NCBI GenBank assembly: GCA_963708025.1
Contig: CAVPSB010000032.1
Span: forward strand, 192,001 to 256,000
Direction: 5' to 3'
DNA length: 64,000 nucleotides
From: an uncultured Candidatus Rokubacteria bacterium
Lineage (GTDB): Bacteria; Methylomirabilota; Methylomirabilia; Rokubacteriales; DASRDR01
Below the pieces are notes generated by a model that had not been told where the DNA came from, did not search any database, and worked only from the letters and a program-made list of their open reading frames with translations. Numbering within the stretch: the first letter of the stretch is position 1; each line of letters starts with the position of its first letter. The position numbers were made by a program, and so were the translations under genes. Positions 60,902-64,000 of the stretch are shown here, in pieces.

Positions 60902-61273
60902 ATGGCAGACGACCGACGGGACGACCTGAACTTCCTGGGCGCACTGGGGCTGATCACCGTGGGCGCCATCATCGGCGCCGGCGTCGCGCTGCTCCTGGCG
61001 CCGAAGACCGGCGAGGAGACGCGGGAGCTGCTGAAGGAGAAGGGGGTGGACTTCGCCCGGCGGGCCCAGGGTCGCGGCTCCGAGTTCGCCCGCCGAGCCC
61101 AGGAGACGGTGGGCGAGGCTCAGGTCAAGGCTCAAGAGGTCCTGGGACGCGGCAAGGAGGTCGTGGAGGAGAAGTCGGCTCAGCTCCGGGCGGCCTTCGA
61201 GGCCGGCCGCAGCGCCATGCGGGAGGAGATCTCGAAGCTCCGCGGTCGCGACGAGCCGATGGAGGGCGTCTAG
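60902..61273 (+). CDS. YtxH domain protein
   Basis: GAIIGAGVALLLAPKTGEETR; GGAGG RBS. Confidence 0.88.
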   Translation: MADDRRDDLNFLGALGLITVGAIIGAGVALLLAPKTGEETRELLKEKGVDFARRAQGRGSEFARRAQETVGEAQVKAQEVLGRGKEVVEEKSAQLRAAFEAGRSAMREEISKLRGRDEPMEGV

Positions 61274-61427
61274 ATCCTCGGGGGGGTCTCGGAAGACCCC
61301 CCCGATTCCGTACCTTACGGGTTGGGTGGGTGGGGCCGGCGGCAGAGCCGCCGCTCGAACCGCTCCCCAGGCTCGAACAGGCGACCTACCGTCCAGTCCT
61401 ACCTCGACAGGCTCTTCGCTCCGTGCG

Positions 61428-62498
61428 TCAGCGGGCCGGCTCGGCCCTCCTGAGCTGATCCTCCTCTACTTCGGGATCCCACTGGGTGGCGGCGGAGGGG
61501 CCGGCGGCCGCCATCCGGGTCAGCAGCCGCTCGTGGAGGGCGTGGGTCTTGGCGCTCCGACAGCCGTCCCGCTGGGCCAGCACCGGGTCGAGCGCCGCCC
61601 GCGCGCCCGCGATGTCGGCCGATCCCTCGCGCTCCTGGTCGATCAGCCGCCGGTAGATCCGCGTCAGCTCGCCGATGAGCGGGGCCGGATACTCCCGCCC
61701 CTGGATCTTCAGCGTGGTGACGCCCAGGGCCAGGTAGCGGGGGACGTCGTCGAGCAGGTTGTAGATCTCGTTGTTCGACCGCTCCAGGTAGTTCAGCACC
61801 CGGGCCGGGAACTTCTCGGCGATCTCGGGGACGTGATTGCCAAGACAGGGCCGGTAGCACACGCCACCCCGGTCCGGGTTGCCGATCAGCTTGATCCGGC
61901 GGCTCCCATCGGTGTCGTTCACCACCTGCTCCTCGAAGTACGGCGCGAAGTAGTCGTACAGGCGGCAGCCTCCCACCCCGGTGATGCAGCGGTTCGAGTG
62001 GATCAGCAGCTCGACGCCGATGCCGGCCTCGTCCGCCTCGCGCGTGAGGGCCGCGATGCGGTCGAAGCTCGACAGCGCGGTGGAGGCGACGAACTGGGTC
62101 GCCCCCGCCTCCCGGGCCCGCTCCATCGCCGCCCGGTCGCGGATGTTGCAGGCGACGCTGGCGTGGATGGTGATCTCGGGGAAGCGCGCGTGGACCTCTC
62201 GCATGGCGTCGTGGGACTTCATGATGAAGCCATCGACGCCGGCCGCGGCGTACCGCTCCACCTTCCGCATCAGCTCGGCGTGATCGGCGGGGTCGATGTC
62301 GACGTTGAGGGCCACCCGGAGCCGGGCTCCGTGGTCGTGGGCCCGCTCGGCCGATTCCAGGACCTCGTCGTGGGTCAGCTCGTAGGCCGCCTCCCGCCGA
62401 CTCCACCCCCGGGGCCCCACGTAGACCGAGTTCGCCCCGGCCGTCAGGGCGTCCCGGACCATCTCCATCGACCCGCCGGGCGCCAGTAACTCCGTCAT
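61428..62498 (-). CDS. Peptidase U32 family Fe-S protein
   Basis: ELLAPGG, AGANSVYVG, IHASV, four Cys (CX6CX35CX3C), LKIQGR. Confidence 0.85.
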   Translation of the reverse strand: MTELLAPGGSMEMVRDALTAGANSVYVGPRGWSRREAAYELTHDEVLESAERAHDHGARLRVALNVDIDPADHAELMRKVERYAAAGVDGFIMKSHDAMREVHARFPEITIHASVACNIRDRAAMERAREAGATQFVASTALSSFDRIAALTREADEAGIGVELLIHSNRCITGVGGCRLYDYFAPYFEEQVVNDTDGSRRIKLIGNPDRGGVCYRPCLGNHVPEIAEKFPARVLNYLERSNNEIYNLLDDVPRYLALGVTTLKIQGREYPAPLIGELTRIYRRLIDQEREGSADIAGARAALDPVLAQRDGCRSAKTHALHERLLTRMAAAGPSAATQWDPEVEEDQLRRAEPAR

Positions 62499-62500
62499 TT

Positions 62501-62570
62501 GGTTCCTCCCGCCTACCCCCCCAGCCCCCCTCCCCCACCCACCGGGGGGAGGGGGGAGCCGGAGGCGTCG
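62501..62570 (+). repeat. Partial repeat family B
   Basis: CCTCCCGCCTACCCCCCCAGCCCCCCTCCCCCACCCACCGGGGGGAGGGGGGAGCCGGAGG, nearly identical to the core of the 7953 copy. Confidence 0.8.
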
Positions 62571-62609
62571 GTCGCATTGCATGCTCTCGGATCCGATTCA
62601 TTCGCGTGC

Positions 62610-64000
62610 TCACAGGTGGATCGCTTGCCCCATCGCGTCGAGGGCCGCCTCCATGACCGCCTCCGACAGCGTGGGGTGGGCATGGATCGTGTGGCCGACC
62701 TCCTCCACCGTGGCCTCCAGCGTCTTGCCGAGCCCGAACTCGGCGATCAGCTCGGTGGCCTCGGCGCCGAGGATGTGAACGCCGAGGATCTCCCCGGTGT
62801 CGGCAGCCGCGACGATCTTGACCAGGCCCTCGGGCTCGCCGAGCGCCTGGGCCTTGCCGTTGGCCAGGAACTGGTACCGGCCGACCCGCACCTCGCCCCC
62901 GCGCTCCCGGGCCTGGGCCTCGGTGAGCCCGAGACTGGCCACCTGGGGGTGGCAGTACGTGCAGCTCGGGACGGCCTGGTAGTTCACCCCGTGGGTCTCC
63001 CGCCCCGCGATCGTCTCGGCGGCCACGATGCCCTCCGCGCTCGCCTTGTGGGCGAGGAGCGGCGGGCCGGCCACGTCGCCGATCGCGTAGACGCCGGGAA
63101 CCGAGCTCTCCATGTGCGGGGTCACCTTCACGAAGCCGCGCTCCATCGCCACGCCGGCCCCCTCCAGCCCCACCCCGCGGCTCTTCGCGCCGCGCCCCAC
63201 CGCCATCAGGACCTGCTCGGCCGCCAGGCGGGCGGCCTTCCCCTCGTGCTCGATCTCCACCGTCACCCCGTCGCCCGTGGTCGTGACCGCCTGGACCCGG
63301 GCACCCGTCCGGACGTCGATCTGCCGCCGGGCGAAGCTCCGGGCGAGCAGTCGGGAGATCTCCTCGTCCTCGATCGGCAGGAGGCGGGGCAGCGCCTCGA
63401 CAATCGTGACCCGGGTGCCGTACGCGGCGAAGACGTCCGCGAACTCGACGCCCACCGCCCCGGCGCCGATCACGATGACCGACGCCGGCAGCCGCTCGAG
63501 GCGGAGGGCGTGGTCCGAGCTGATGACCCGGATGCCGTCGATGGCGACGCCGGGCAGGCTCTTTGGCTCGGCGCCGGTCGCCAGGAGCACCGCCGCGGGC
63601 CTCCAGCGTCCGGGCCGCCCCCTGGGCCGGATGGACGCGGACGGCGCCGGGACCGCTCAGCTCCCCGCGGCCGGGAATCAGGGTGATCCTGTTCTTCCGG
63701 AACAGGAACTCGACGCCCTTGGACATGCGGTCCGACACCTGGCGGCTCCGCCGATAGGCCACCGCGTAGTCGGCGCGCAGGTTGTCGAAGCTCACCCCGA
63801 AGTCCGCCGCCCGGTGGAGGAGCTGGAGCACCTCGGCGTTGCGCAGCAGCGCCTTGGTCGGGATGCAGCCCCAGTTCAGGCAGATGCCGCCCGGGCGCTC
63901 GGCCTCGACCACCGCCGTCCGGAGGCCGAGCTGAGCGGCGCGAATGGCGCCGACGTAACCGCCGGGGCCGGAGCCCACCACGACGACGTCGAACCGCTCG
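62610..64000 (-). CDS. lpdA: Dihydrolipoyl dehydrogenase (start beyond window; frameshift near 63595)
   Basis: GSGPGGY, GGICLNWGCIPTK, GAGAVGVE, HAHPTLSE. Confidence 0.95.

Noticed and set aside
61319..61335. GGGTTGGGTGGGTGGGG G-quadruplex motif
   Set aside because: A single occurrence in a very GC-rich genome with no functional context.

Overview
A GC-rich, diderm bacterial chromosome segment. It is probably Ca. Rokubacteria/Methylomirabilota, an inference from GC content, gene style and repeat style that should be confirmed with the 16S gene. Most of the window is core genome: glmU-yvcK-rluD-lspA, tatA, a selC(tRNA-Sec)-selA-selB cluster, a sigma54 two-component module with its target gene, mltD, an lpxL-pit-DUF47-dedA-hppA cluster, one complete rRNA operon, tyrS, PBP1A, recO-era-ybeY-phoH-aspS-hisS, a polyprenyl synthase, a tandemly duplicated porin, methylmalonyl-CoA mutase and acyl-CoA carboxyltransferase, a U32 protein and lpdA. 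About ten single-base frameshifts, one in essential aspS, point to consensus indel errors. The most unusual signals are: (i) a dense system of modular, nested intergenic palindromic repeats with GNA-triloop hairpins, one of which supplies a ribosome-binding site; (ii) a 1982-bp-period porin duplication with near-identical CDSs but diverged leaders and promoters; (iii) an integrase relic 5' of selC that overlaps the predicted selC promoter; and (iv) a divergent U32 Fe-S protein. No CRISPR array, intact mobile element or selenoprotein was seen.
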